Part shown: positions 17,771 through 38,385 of the stretch, in pieces
How the letters are laid out: the number at the start of each line of letters is the position of its first letter
How positions within the stretch are numbered: the first letter of the stretch is position 1
Origin: the human T2T-CHM13v2.0 reference genome, Homo sapiens
Reading direction: 5' to 3' (one strand)
Assembly (NCBI RefSeq): GCF_009914755.1
Contig: NC_060940.1
Length of the DNA stretch: 64,000 bases
Made by a program: the position numbers and the translations under genes
Notes under the pieces: model-generated
Seen by the model: only the letters and a program-made list of their open reading frames with translations
What the model was told of the DNA's origin: nothing
The model's database searches: none

Positions 17771-18307
17771 TGCCACCATTAAGACCAAGCGCATCATATA
17801 CCACAGTCAGAAACAAAAACAACAAAAAATCATCTTATATCCTGAGACTTTCTTTAAGGGAATACTCTATCTAGCAATATCCCCACAAAATGAATGAAAC
17901 CATGAGCCCCGTCTGTAAATATTGAATCCCAATGAAACTAACTCAAATTTGCTATGATGAAGTCTGTGGATATGGGATGACCCTTGCAGACAAGATTACC
18001 ACAGAGGAAACTGCTGCCTTTCCAGTGCAAAGAGAAGACCTGTGGCCTTGACAGCCTTGGGGTATTTTTTTTCTTTAATTTTTTTTTTTTTAGAGACAGT
18101 TTCTCCATGTTGCCCAGGCTTGTCTCGAATTCCTAGACTCCAGCAATCTGTCTGCTTCAGTCTCCCAAAGTGTTGGGATTACAGGTGTGTGCAGCTGCAC
18201 CTAGCCTATACTTTTCTTTCAATACCTGCTGTGTCCTGTATTGAAGCAGCCCAGTTCCTCCAAAGTCAGGACTACATTGTAAAACTTTGCAAATGAAAAT
18301 ACTTCTT

Positions 18308-19580
<1,273 letters not shown>

Positions 19581-19719
19581 AAAGAAACTATACCTACACA
19601 ACTTAAAAGAGTCAAATCATTCTATGCATCTTATTACAAAACCCAGCATTCCCTGCCACTGCCCACCCCATCGCTCCCTAGATGAAATCCTTTCCATTTA
19701 TTTAACTGTTTCTTTCGTT

Positions 19720-20035
<316 letters not shown>

Positions 20036-20329
20036 ACACCCCGGTTTTTAATCTCACTGTCAAAGCCACGTCCAGAGGTCCCTGAGCCACGTGAGGGTTC
20101 TGCAGTGTTTTGTACTTCCGACAACAGTTCAGGGTTCAGCTTTATCATGCCCTGCAAAATCAGCTGCCACTAAGCTACCCACTTCCCAGATTCCAAATGT
20201 TACTGCCAACATTACTTCTTGTACAATTAGGCTTTTCAGAAGAGCTCTGTACAGACATTTTGGTGAGGTCCTGGAGAAGAGGAGATCAGTGTATGTTTAG
20301 TCCACTACATTTGGCAGCCTTCCATTTCA

Positions 20330-21812
<1,483 letters not shown>

Positions 21813-21881
21813 ATATCCATCCCTCTCATCCGCGCTGGAGTACTGTATATCAACTACTTCTGTTGCAATAGAAACTGCATC

Positions 21882-22160
21882 CTGGGCATGCGCCATGGCT
21901 CACACCTGTAATCCCAGCACTTTGGGAGGCCGAGGCAGGCAGATCACCTGAGGTCAGGAGTTCGAGACCAGCCTGGCCAACGTGGTAAAACCCCATCTAC
22001 TAAAAGCACAAAAATTAGCCAGGCATGGTGGCAGGCGCCTGTAGTCTCAGCTACTCGGGAGGCTTAGGGAGGAGAAGTTAGAACCCAGAAGGCAGAGGTT
22101 CAGTGAGCTGAGATCACGCCACTGCACTCCAGCCTGGGCAACAAGAGTGAGATTCCATCT

Positions 22161-22192
<32 letters not shown>
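21882..22192 (+). mobile_element. Alu
   Basis: Alu consensus, long A tail. Confidence 0.9.
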
Positions 22193-22195
<3 letters not shown>

Positions 22196-22370
22196 CATCC
22201 TGTTACGAAATGCAAGGGCTTTTCAGATGCTTGGAATAGACTCAAAATGCCTCAGAAATTTCTGCTTAGAAATGAGAAGCTGAAACTTCATTCCAAGTCT
22301 GAGGCTGTGGACATATTAAATTACAGGATCTTTCAGACAGTGAAAGGAAGAGAGAGAAATTCATACTCAC

Positions 22371-22513
22371 CGATCCCTTTGTGAGGGTCAGGAGGACAGG
22401 AGACAAACTTCAACACTTCAGCTCGCTTCTCTCTCAGACCCCAACGGTAGAGGATTTCCCCATAGCATTTCTTAAAGTCATCAAATTGCTGGGTATTGGC
22501 GGGGTCCAGGAGC
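22371..22513 (-). CDS. WDR59: WDR59 coding exon (~25), LLDPANTQQFDDFKKCYGEILYRWGLREKRAEVLKFVSCPPDPHKGI(E)
   Basis: 143 nt, phase 2-1, cag|G...ATC G|gtgagt. Confidence 0.96.
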
Positions 22514-22611
22514 CTGGATAAAGTTAAAAAGATTTCCTGTCAGTTCCTTTAAGAAAAAACAAGCTTCATCCTAAATGGCACTTAATATACCCTTCTTAAA
22601 GCAACAGTCCT

Positions 22612-23114
<503 letters not shown>

Positions 23115-23306
23115 CTGAAGAAAATCAAATGGGAAGGGAAGATGGCAATCAGAGAAGGCATGGAAAATATCTGAAGAGTCTCATAAGACAGCATGTGGCC
23201 AATGGATTTCCCAGAAGAAATGTTAAGCGAGGCTGAATATTCTGAGAAATATAACTAAATAGAACTCTCTCCTACCCTTGCCTTTTTGCGCAGGTATTTA
23301 TTACTA

Positions 23307-23667
<361 letters not shown>

Positions 23668-24400
23668 GCAAATGATGGCACAGAGATACAGTAGAACATT
23701 ACATAGTCATTATTTACGAGGACTTTTTGAACAATATTTGCTCATGATATAATGAAAAATAGAACACAAAGTCACATATATCAAATGACCACACTCCTGC
23801 ACACAAAGAATGGATGCAAATGTTCTAGAATGTTAATGGACGCTATTCCTAGGTGGGAGATCAATAATTACAATTTTCTTCTCTAATACTTTTTGCTTGC
23901 TTTTCTTCACTGGGCATGAGCTACTTTTGATATCAGGAAAATTAAGATCATTTTAAAAACCTTTTTTTTTTTAAATCCAGGAAACACAAATACACCTTAC
24001 TCAGCAAACAGCTTTATGATCAACTGGAGTCAGGCCCAGCTGTATTTGTCTACACTGAAAGCATTCATGGGAAGCGGTAGGTGGCAGATGAACATGGAAA
24101 GAGCATGTGAAGGAGAAAGGATAAGGGTTAGGTTTTGGGGGTGAACAGTGGGAAGTCCCATTGTCAGTTTCTCAAGGTTAAGAGATGAAAAGCAACACAG
24201 CAAGGCACAAAGACCCCCAGAACGTGGTCTGTTCAACATGCAAAGTCAGGCCTCCAGCAAGAGTACCCCTATCACAGTAAATGTAAAGAGAAATAAGAAA
24301 TAAGAAAAAATATGGAGACTAAGCATCAACTAAAGGTTACATATGCACAGCTCTGGGAGAACTAAAAATCCAGCGTGGGCTAAGTCATTTCCATACAAAC

Positions 24401-24473
24401 CTATGTTCCAGCCGCCAGTGTTGAGCCCTGGGTCTGACATACTGGAGCAGGAACCAGAAGAGGTAAAGCTAGG
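24401..24473 (-). CDS. WDR59: WDR59 coding exon (~23), [24 protein letters not shown](A)
   Basis: 73 nt, phase 0-1, tag|CCT...ATA G|gtttgt. Confidence 0.92.
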
Positions 24474-24553
24474 CTACAGAAGGGAAGAGAAGAACCAACA
24501 GGACTAGCATGAGAATACCATTCCCCATGACAGTTCACATTAAGAAAACAGCA

Positions 24554-25036
<483 letters not shown>

Positions 25037-26419
25037 CTGAGGAAAAGATAAGAGGAAAGAAAACAAGTCAGGAGGAGGGATTGAGGAGGAAAGCGGTCAC
25101 AGTCATGGCGTGTTACTGCCACAGGGGTGGGAAGGGAGGAGTCTTGATTCTGCCTCAAAAACCCATCAGGAAATGGGGCTTTCTACAGATCCGGCAGTTT
25201 GACCTACTTTGAGTTTGCCTAAACTTGTTTTGGAATATAAGGCATCCACGTACTACAAATGATCTAGAGAACGCATCTCAAAGCCTCTGGCTAACTTTCA
25301 GGCATGGGCTTAAACATGAATGTGGCTTCTCCAAGAACTAAGTGGACTAACCTGACATCTGAGCGAGCCAATACATGCTCTGTCTTCCCAGCTCCAAGGA
25401 AGAATCACACTGCTTTTGGGGGATTCCCACACATGTCATTTATATAACCTAAAGCTACATGAAGGAGCTCAGAGGACACTGGACCGCCACAGCATGCTAG
25501 CAGGCAATCGACTCTGGAGGTGCAGTTATGAAGATGAGCTATTAGGTAAGAACAACAAGGAGTGTTTCTGTCCTTTAGGTACTCATATCCCCTTTGCCCT
25601 TTCAGGAAGATTATGCTAGAATGTGAGTAAGGAATCAGAGGGGCTTTGCCTTTAAGAATGAATAATATTAATGTCTTCCTATCACTCAATGTCTAATATT
25701 TGTGTTTTCACACTCACTATCTTATTTGAGTCTTACACGAAATAAGTAGAGTAAACCTTATCATCCCTGTGTTAGTGACAAGGAAACGGAAGCACGAACA
25801 CGTGTCCCAGGGGTGGCCTTAATGCATAAATTAAGCAAACCTCAACTTGAAGTCAGGAGCGTTTCTCTCCCCAGGCCCTGGGCCTCCAAGTTATGGAGAT
25901 TCAAGTGGTTTTACTTGGTGTTAAATTATTTTGTATAGTATACCCTAGTTTTCCATATGTCAGTGCAATAAACTGAACGCAAAGGCAATGTTTTCTCAAA
26001 TTGCCTAACAGGGTGAAAGCGTCGTGGTCTTTGGCAAACATGAACACCAACATGCAATTCTCTAATCCATTCTCAAGGGTGAGACCCTAGAGCTTTCAAG
26101 AAGAAACTTACCATCTCATGAGCTCAAACTCCTGTATTCAGACTGATGTGATTTATGGACTAAAGCATGAATCTCTAAAGGATACATGAGTCTCAGGGGT
26201 CTCAAATCCTTGTTATAAATGACAAGTATTGTATGGTTCTGTCTGCTATAAGAAGTTTGTTCTGCACAGAAATTATTTCAGCACTGAAAGGAAAGATCCT
26301 ACTCCTTCCTTTCATTCCTCGGGCCTCTGCACCTTTCTCTTAGGTGGTGACATTTCAAGTGTTTACAGACCAAAAATGGACATCACTCATTTTTCTCATT
26401 TTTAGCTCTCAAAACCTAC

Positions 26420-26532
26420 AGGGACTCCAGCAGCTGCCGCCCAAATGGATGTCGAGCCCAGGGTGTTTCCAAATCTGGGTCAGATTTCGGACCAAGGCAA
26501 AGATCTGTAGCTACCGTAGCCAGCGACCAAAC
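26420..26532 (-). CDS. WDR59: WDR59 coding exon (~21), VWSLATVATDLCLGPKSDPDLETPWARHPFGRQLLES(L)
   Basis: 113 nt, phase 0-2, cag|GTT...CT|gtaggt. Confidence 0.95.
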
Positions 26533-26649
26533 CTGGACAGATCAAAGAGAAATACAAACTCAAACTGGCAAGGACAAGAACCGAAACCATGAAGCAATCC
26601 CACCTGTCTTCCATATAAAACCTGATGCCTTGCTACATTGGGGGCAGCA

Positions 26650-26772
26650 AAAGCTGGATCCTTATTGAAATGCATAAGTTTAGGCCCCACTTAGACCTAC
26701 TGAATCAGCGTTTACACTTTAACCAACTCTTTAGGGGAGTTATGTGCACTCTAAAGTTTGAGAAACACTAGG
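26650..26772. mobile_element. MER5-type hAT-Charlie fragment
   Basis: agacctactgaatcag...tgcactctaaagtttgagaaacact. Confidence 0.55.
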
Positions 26773-26823
26773 CTTAAAAATTTTTCATTAAGCAAACATC
26801 AGAGAAATGACACAGTGTAATAA

Positions 26824-27180
<357 letters not shown>

Positions 27181-27551
27181 TAAAATGCTGTTTCATCAGT
27201 AAGTTGGGTTGGCAGGGAGGAAAAAAAAGGCAGTCTATAACACATTTAAGATCTGTCCCTCTTTTCCTAAATAATGAAAGACTTTGTTGCCTTCATTATA
27301 AAAGTTTCAGTATCCTCTCTGAAGCTAAAAAGTAACAATAATAACAATAGGCCAAGACAAAATGGATTTGGCTTTCTTTTTGTTGACACCAAATCTGAGG
27401 AATACCTCCCCGACTTGAAATCCCATGGGGCCTGGAGCCATTGAGCAGAAACCAATAGCCTCTAAGTGTCTATTAAGTCCAAGGCACAGGCTAAACCCAT
27501 CATGTCATAAGCAAAGTTCCCACCCCCTCAATACCTTTAAAAATCAAATAC

Positions 27552-28679
<1,128 letters not shown>

Positions 28680-29200
28680 TTAAATGGGCAAATTGCATGG
28701 TAGATGGGCTATATCTCAGTTAAGCCGTTTAAAAAAATACAGAGATAATTTGTTATAATACACTGATATGTTGCTGCAAAGATGAAGAAAATTTAAATAT
28801 TTGTCATGTTAAATCATATTTTAAAACTGAACATCTCTATCTAAAGGAGCACTTTGGTAAATATTTCATAAAATGAAGCATTTTAGAAAGAAGGAACAAA
28901 TGACAAAGAAATAGACATGCAAGTTTAGCTACACAGCAATCACTGATACTGGAACAGAAAAGAGATGTATAATTAAAAAAATTCATCGATGCTTTAGGAC
29001 CTTCCCAACTGAGCACCAAAAAGAAAAAATTTCCAGCATTTGGAAAGCCACTCTAACCCTACAGACTGGCAAAGAAAATGGAAAATGAATTCCAAATTAA
29101 GACACACACTTTGAAAATGTCATTAAATGCCAATGACAAAGTAAAAACAATTTGCTCCTGAAGAAAAATCCAAATCTCCACCAAAAGGGATGGACAATAC

Positions 29201-29282
29201 CTGGACAAGATCCTTTCTTCCAACGAGCAAGGCAGAGGCGGCATTCTTCTGACATGTTTCCTGAATATCATTCACATTCAAT
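29201..29282 (-). CDS. WDR59: WDR59 coding exon (~20), LNVNDIQETCQKNAASALLVGRKDLVQ
   Basis: 82 nt, phase 2-0, cag|A...CAG|gtattg. Confidence 0.95.
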
Positions 29283-29819
29283 CTGAAATTTTTTAAAAAG
29301 AATTAAACATTTCTTTCTAGTGTAACTTCCCAAATCAACGACTCCCAGTTTAACAGACAGATGAGAACCTGACTCTTTGGTTATCACTCAAAATGTTTTA
29401 TTCCGCGTTGGCCTTGGGCCCCCTTTCTATCTGACTCAGAGGAAAAGCTTAACTAGAGCTGAAGCTAATACATCTGTGGGTTCCAGCCTGGGGAACTTGA
29501 AATTGCACACCTCTTTAAAGTCAGGAGGGCAGGCCATACTCAAATACCAATTTACCAACCAGCTTTTCTATGGAGTTCCCAAGCCGTGAGGGTTGAATAA
29601 AAATGAATTGAAATACATGCGACACTGACTATGGTTCCTAACAGAAAGAGTAGTGTGCTGTGTGTAGACTACAAAGGAAACACTTTCTGTTATGAGTTCG
29701 AGTTTAGGAAGAGGCAGGGGAACTACAGGTGGCCTCTGCATGCCAATTACTCACCTCTCACTTCCATCCAAACAAAAGTAGCCCTGCTTTGCATAACAGC
29801 TCTTCTGCTTTGTAAAGTA

Positions 29820-30280
29820 GCATGCCTTGTACAATACTCCACCCCCTTTGAATGTGGGTGACACCAGTGAATATTGATGGGATATCACTTCTGTGATTAT
29901 GTTATTAAGCAATTGACTTTGAAGTCACCTACAGAGAGACTATCCTGGGTGGGGCTGACCTCATCAGGTGAGGCCTTAGAGGGAAGGTAAAGCATGTGTG
30001 AGCCATTCCTGCTGGTCTCAAGACGAAATTTACAGATGAGTTCTACAGCTGCAAGGGTCTGAATTCTGCTGACAACCTGAACAAGCTTGGAAGAGGAGCT
30101 TTGCATCGGATGAGACCACTGCCTGGCCAACACCATTTCAGCCTGCTGAGACCCTAAGCAAGGACACAGAAAAGCTGTGTCCAGACTCGCGACCCACAAA
30201 AACTGGAAGATAAGAAATGAATGTTGTTGGAAGCTGCTAAGTTTGTGGGAATTTGTCCACAGCAACAGAAAGCTAATACA
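29820..30280 (+). mobile_element. MLT1-type MaLR LTR
   Basis: tatcctgggtggggctgacctcatcagg ... aagctgctaagtttgtgggaatttgt...agctaataca terminus. Confidence 0.7.
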
Positions 30281-30395
30281 TTGGGCTTTTCCTAAAACTG
30301 CTTTTGAAGAAAGGATTCCCACACTCAAAAAAAAAAAAAGTTTTGCTAATCCTGGCTAAATGATGAGTGCAGCAGACTTGAAATTTTGTACTTAC

Positions 30396-30529
30396 ATGTA
30401 CAGCTCTCCCAGCGATTTGTGAACAGGCAGGAGGCAAGCAATATCCTGGATGATGACTTTCCCAGCAGCCTTGATCTGTCGATTGCCAGAGTCTGATCCC
30501 TCACGCTTACTTTTCCATCGTCTTGATTT
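30396..30529 (-). CDS. WDR59: WDR59 coding exon (~19), KSRRWKSKREG...HKSLGELY(I)
   Basis: 134 nt, phase 0-2, tag|AAA...AT|gtaagt. Confidence 0.95.
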
Positions 30530-31977
30530 CTAGGGGTAGATGACAGGATGTAACTAATGGGGACTTTGACAAGTGGAAACCAACAATTGCAGAGCTCATC
30601 ATATTGGGGTCATTGGCAATTTGCACTTTTTAAAAATTACATCATGCCCACAATTATGGGAATCAGCATCTGTAGGAAATAAAAGGATGAGCTCTTGTTC
30701 CAAAAATCCTAACAGGAAAATAAGCACCTACTGCCAGGCTAGATACATTCTGCAGGTGCTCAAAAACACATATCAGGAAGCCAGGATTAATACATTAATT
30801 AATGAATTTGAAAACAGCAAGTAAATAAGTTAGTAAAGGCCACAAAAATGTGGGAGAACAATTTTTAGATTGAATTCAGTCCTAGGTTCAAAATTCCTGC
30901 CTGAAACTCATCAAAATTTTTTTCCTTAGGCAGTTTGAACAGGGTTTGTTGAAAATTTATTGCAGACATAGCAGTGTGGGCTCTGCAAACCTTAATCTAT
31001 ATGGTAGGAAAACAGAGAAACTTTGCACCTTGAGGAGAATTACCCCGTTTTTCTGGCAGACTTGAATTATTTCTAAAAGTGATCGTTCTCAATGTCAAAA
31101 ATACCTGATTCAAGGGGCTTGGGTAACAGACATGGAAGATTGTGGGCAAGTATTCGATTTCCCCAGGCTTACCTATGGGTGGCTACATGTGTGAGGAGCC
31201 TGTATGTGTGAAATGAGAGATGTCCTGAAAAACTTGAATTATCAGAGCACAGCCCCATCTGGAATCTTTAAAATGACAAACCAAGGAGCAGGATTCCATT
31301 TTATTGCCAGAAGTTAAAAAGGGGGTCACCAAAGTGATTCAACTAAGGAAGGAGTGACATATTTATTAACAAAAAAAGGCAAAAGGAGCTAGTAAAAAGG
31401 CCTCCAATTTGGAATTAGAAAATCAAGATTTCCAGGTCTTACTACTACATGTACTGGCTCAGCAGGACCCTCGGCAAGTTTTTATTTGTTATGAATTTAG
31501 TCTAAGGCATGTGACTTTGTTTGCTCACTGACAACTTATGGCCAATCATGACCTCTGTTGTTCCAATCTCACAAGATTAATGAGCGTACAATGAAGAGGC
31601 AGGGGTGCAAATTAAATGGAAAAGTGTACTCTAGAAACATGTAACTATTATGAATGTATATAAACTCTCAGGAATTTAAATTGGACCATTATTTAGATTA
31701 CTCACAAATAAATTCATTTTCTGTAAGTGATTTTTATACAATCATTCTTCCATAAAGGGTTTCTGACCACTGATATCCCATTTAATACCTAAAGTTGTCC
31801 AATGCATGTAACTTCCTATAGGGTTATCATGTGTCTTGGAACCTACTAAATTCAGGACATGTGGAGTTAGTTCAGGGCAGGTAAATGAAGAAGTTTAGCT
31901 GAAGTATCTGTGAACTGTTTATCATCATTTGTAAATGCATGTTACACTATCAATTTGGAACTTTAACCCGTTTGATC

Positions 31978-32412
<435 letters not shown>

Positions 32413-33064
32413 TAAAAAATTATGTGCATACACACAAAAGTGCTATCCTTTTAGACACAATCATCCTGACATGGGTGTAAGTAAGGGGAGGATACGTTAA
32501 AGAGCAAATAACCTGTCAGAATGGGCTGGAGCCAGGCAGTGTTACTGACCTAAGACAGACGTAGTCACATGTGCACTAAATACTATGGCAGGGCCTGTTT
32601 TAGGGAGGGTCATTTAGCCTATGTCTACCCTGCAGTGACAGTGAACAGCACAAGGGGCTTAACGAGAACAGGGAAATTACAAGGTACACAAGCTCATTCA
32701 CTGTGATTTTCATTCAGGTTTCCAGGACTTTAAAAAGCCCAGGAAACAACACACCCACAGGCCCCACATAACTGGTCATCTCAAGTGAGACTCAGGGCAC
32801 TGGATTAAAAAAAAAAAATCTATGCCAGAAAGATTCCACCTAGAATGGAATATGATCCATCTAATTTGGTCTTCTGGATAGGGTGGAAGGCTTCTAAAAC
32901 ACCGATCCAGGCAGTCACTCTGGTTCTTTATTCCAAAAAGAGAATGAGAAGCACTTAAACAATTGAGCAATTCACTATCGTTCAGTTTAACTACACAGCT
33001 GAATTGAAGGCCTCAATGAAGGATGAGGTCTACTAGCTTACAGAACACACTGAAAATAACCATG

Positions 33065-33395
<331 letters not shown>

Positions 33396-35735
33396 CTAAT
33401 AAAAGCATATTATTAATTAAGATTCATATGCCCAAAGCAGTTCATTTGCAAAACAGACTAGCCCATTTGAAATTGACAAATGACACAAGTCCAAGTATAC
33501 AAATGTTTGACTGAGGACTTACAGTATCAGCTCCTGCTCCTGGATTGCTCATTCTGTGCTAGTATAAGCCTCACTTACGACAGCTCTGTGATGAGGGATA
33601 CTACTTCCACTTTACAGATGAGGACATGAGGCTTACTCTAGGTCACAGCCATCAGCGCTGAGATTTGAACACAGGCCTGTCAGGCTGCTAAGCTCATTCT
33701 TGTTAACTTGATTTTCAGTATATAATTTTATATTAAAAACTAATAAATAAATTCTAAGCTCCCTGTTAATATGGAAATTGCTTGGTCCATTTTTTAATGG
33801 ATCCATTTCTGCATGAAGGAGATTGGCACTGGATTCCAGCGATGCCTGTCCAGCTCCACCCTTCTACGATGACTCACTTCTTTAGTCACTTTCTGTCAGC
33901 ATCGTGACTCTGTTCTGCTCAGCCCAAGTGTCTACTGAAGATCTGCAGTTCCTGCAGCTACATGGCTTCATAGCGGGGCAGGCCAGATTCAGACCAAGAT
34001 GCTGCATTTCAGGCCGGGCACCTCACAGTGTTTAGGCTTTGGGGTTTGTTAGGATTAGGCACATTCAGACAGAAGAAAACTAAGAGTCTAAAGAGATGTC
34101 TTAGGGACTCTTCCCCCATTTGCAGCTTTGGGTTACAAAGATCGGTAGAAACAAACCTACGTGACCCATCCATACTTGATGCAAATATAGACAGTGGTCT
34201 TTGCAACTTTTTGCAATGATTCTTCAATGAATTATGAAAATCACAGTCTGTGTTTCCTGGGACTTCTTGAGACACCAGGCTTCTAGGTCCTTCTGTTTGA
34301 TCCGTATTGGATGGATAAGAGGTGCTTTATGAAACCTCACTCAGCTGCCTTTAAGCCTGCCATAAGGGAGGTTCCCCAACAAAGGATCACCCTAATTAGA
34401 GTTGCTACCGGAACCAAACTGTAAAAGCAATTACGGGACAGTGCTGTAAATTTTTTTAATCCAGCAAGAAATAACTGCAAAACATTGTCAAAAATCTCTA
34501 AGGGGCTGCAAAATACTGTCACTGTCGGTTTTTTATAATGTGTTGGTTAGTGGTTTTTAAACATAAATATCTCCCCTTCAGGCTTCAGGGGTCACTTGGT
34601 AATCCTGCCTGCTGGCCAATTACTCTGGGGATTCTAATTTAACGAGGCTGTCTAGCTGGAGAGGTGAAATCTCAAATCAGGTCAGATACTAGTTGGGGTC
34701 TTAGGCCTTTGCTGCTAGCTAATGAGTAGATGGACATCTTTTCAGGGTATTTTCCCCAGTGCTCTGGCAATAAGAACCACTCATGTTCCATCCACTTCTC
34801 TCCTAAGAAATTTTCCCCTTAATATCTTGCTGGCAATGTTTGGAGTCTCTCTTGTCTCTGCAACTGCCAGGTAATAACATATGGATTTCTTTTATGATCC
34901 TCTGGTTCCAGAGCATACTGACACATGAGGCTAAGGTGTGGTTGATCTTTCTGCACTGGGGAAGGGCGCCATGGTCTAAAAGCCCCTGATCCTCCTGCAT
35001 TGCTCCAGTCCCACTCTGACGGGCTTAAATATGGATACCTCTCTATGCAGTAAAGTTAGTACCTCTGGGAGGAAAAGGATTTGATCCTTTCAATGCTCCA
35101 TCAATAGAAAATGTCCTGTCCCCACAGATTTCATGAGAAGAAATTGAGGGAAAAGAGACAAAGCAAGACAGACAAATTATTACATGATGAGCACCAGGCT
35201 GCCCCTCTGAACAAACCAAGAAGGTGTTCATGGAGTTATGGCAAAGAGGACAAGGAAGAACGGAGTGGGGTGGGGGTTGGGGGGCAGGAGGGAGGCATTG
35301 GTGCAAATAGCACTGAATGACAACCAATAGCCAGCTTGCGACTGTACCACCAGTGTTACTGCTACGATCAGAGGCAACATTGATGCCAATAAATGGGTTG
35401 AATGTAAAAGCAGCCCAAGAATAAGCCACCAACTGCTTCGCAGAAACCCCATTAGCAATGCATAATCCGCAGAGCGGGCAGGGAGTCTAAATGAGTCCCT
35501 ATTTAAATAGCAGTGGGAGCAGGGACTTTTGGACAATCAGTGGAAATTCAGCAGTCGGGTTGGCTGGGACAGGCTTTTGGAAGGTGGCCCCGTTGGTGGC
35601 TCCACCTACAAGTTGTTGGCAGCAGTGGTACTTGCTAATCGGGGCTTCTGATTCCAACTGGTTTTCTATGACAAGGCTATAGGATGATTCCCCTGAATAT
35701 TCTTTATACCAAATGAAATTTATACAAAGCCTCAC

Positions 35736-35768
35736 GGCTGCCTTGCACAGCGTGAGGTCACCTTGGCA
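35736..35768 (-). CDS. WDR59: Candidate 33-nt in-frame microexon of WDR59, CQGDLTLCKAA
   Basis: ~100 nt AG-free polypyrimidine tract, tttcagtag| acceptor, GCC|gtgagg donor, phase 0-0; no transcript evidence available. Confidence 0.4.
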
Positions 35769-36414
35769 CTACTGAAACATGAAGGGATGGGAGAGGAAGA
35801 CAGAAGAGGGGAAATGGCCAATAGGAGTAAGAAAGAAAGAAAAGGAAAAGAGGATGTCCACAGCGGAGGTTTTACTGTCTACACAAAATATTGATGGTAA
35901 GGAAAAAAATTTGTTTCAGAAACTTCCCAAAGGATAAAAGCTAGCTTCCGTGTTATGCCAATGAAGCAGGTGGGCACCTCCCTCTGTGAACTAGACCAGG
36001 ACTGTAAAAGCAGAGACAAAATAGTGGAAGCCTCTTATATCTTCCTCTGCTCCCCCCATGCCAAAGGTAGGCTTTTGAAAGCTCCAAAAAATTACACAAA
36101 TGCTCCAAGTGAAATTGGGTAAGCTAACGGCTTACAATCAGGGTTCTTTCCAAGAAACCCAGCATTAACTTTCCTTTGCCAAAAGAGTCCATTCAGGATC
36201 CCTGACAATATTAGCCATTTGAAACTCTGTGATTGGACAAGGAGGCAGCCCTTGGTGTCTGAACTCCCCCAAGCAAAAAATTGACTGTTGCTGGTCCTGA
36301 AAACAGCTCGCCTGTCATTTCAGGTTCCTCAAAGCCAGGCAGGTGGCATTTTATTCTTGGGCCTCGGGTAGAGACAGGATTAGTTAAGGAGAGCATTTGC
36401 ACAGCGCACAGTAC

Positions 36415-36471
36415 CGGGAAGTCGTTAATTGCTTGTATGGACCAACGCCGCCGGGCAGAGCGAGGAGACAT
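36415..36471 (-). CDS. WDR59: Probable alternative cassette exon of WDR59, MSPRSARRRWSIQAINDFP (57 nt)
   Basis: cag|ATG...CCG|gtactg, phase 0-0 matching the host intron, CpG-rich coding-like sequence, ~80 nt AG-free pyrimidine-rich acceptor region. Confidence 0.75.
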
Positions 36472-37537
36472 CTGTGCATGAAAACGTTACACCCAGGAGG
36501 AGGGAAGAAAAACACCAAGAAAATTAAAAGGGAAAAATATAGAATAAAATGAAAGCTTCCCACACATCCGATGGATTCCAATGTACCATAATACACTGTA
36601 CAGTTGGGATGGGAACGACTAAAAAATCTGAACCTAAGCACAGCGGAATTCGGCTTCCCTCACCTCCCTCCCACCCCATCACACTCCAAACACAGCTTCA
36701 ATTTCATTGTTCTTTTAGTCACATTTCAAGGTATATGGAGGCTGACATCAACACAGTTCTGACAAAGGAACTACAAATAGGTTTGAGGAACACTAACACA
36801 CACTGAGATCATTGTGCAAGTGGAGAAATAGGCAGAAGCCTGTTTTCCCCTGTAGGAGGTAAGAAGGAGAACATATATTGAGAGCACATACTCATTCCTA
36901 AAAAGAAGACATTCTTGAATAGGCTCAATACCAAATTTTTTCTGGTAAGTGTTTGGGGGGTGATGAGGGAATTGGGTGTCTTGACATTGGGCCTGCAGGA
37001 CTATCTTCAGAGTGACACCATGGGGAAATGGGAACCCTGGAGAAACGGGGGGAAGGAAGGGGCTAATGCTGAGGAGAGACCTTCTTGAAAGCACCTTTGC
37101 TAACAATATGAGTATCTGTTTACGGAGATCAGAAATTATTCTATTAACTTAAAGATCTCTCTAGTTATTTACATGAGAGCTATTTTAGTAACATAAACTA
37201 AAGCAAGAGTGGGAGGTTGCAACAATGTTTAAATGTATGCAAGGCAATACCTAAAGCTTATCCTAAGTTCTGGGCCTTCTGATCTACCCTAGGAATGAAC
37301 AACATTTCATCAGCTATTAAGAGTCGGTTCACTTGTCAAATGAATGTTAGCAATTTGATGGCTTTTGAGGCGTCACACGTTTTAAAATTTTTAGGAGCAA
37401 AGCTTGGCATTCCATCTAGAGAATATTTGGGTGAACATAACAATATAACCTAAGTAGGGCAGGTTAAAAACACACAAAGCCACAAGAGAAACAAACAATA
37501 ATCTCTAAATGGCTCTAAAAGATGTTTTGTTATCTCA

Positions 37538-38385
<848 letters not shown>

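Noticed and set aside
35499-35510. MEF2 site
   Set aside because: CTA(W6)TAG spacing does not fit the YTA(W4)TAR consensus
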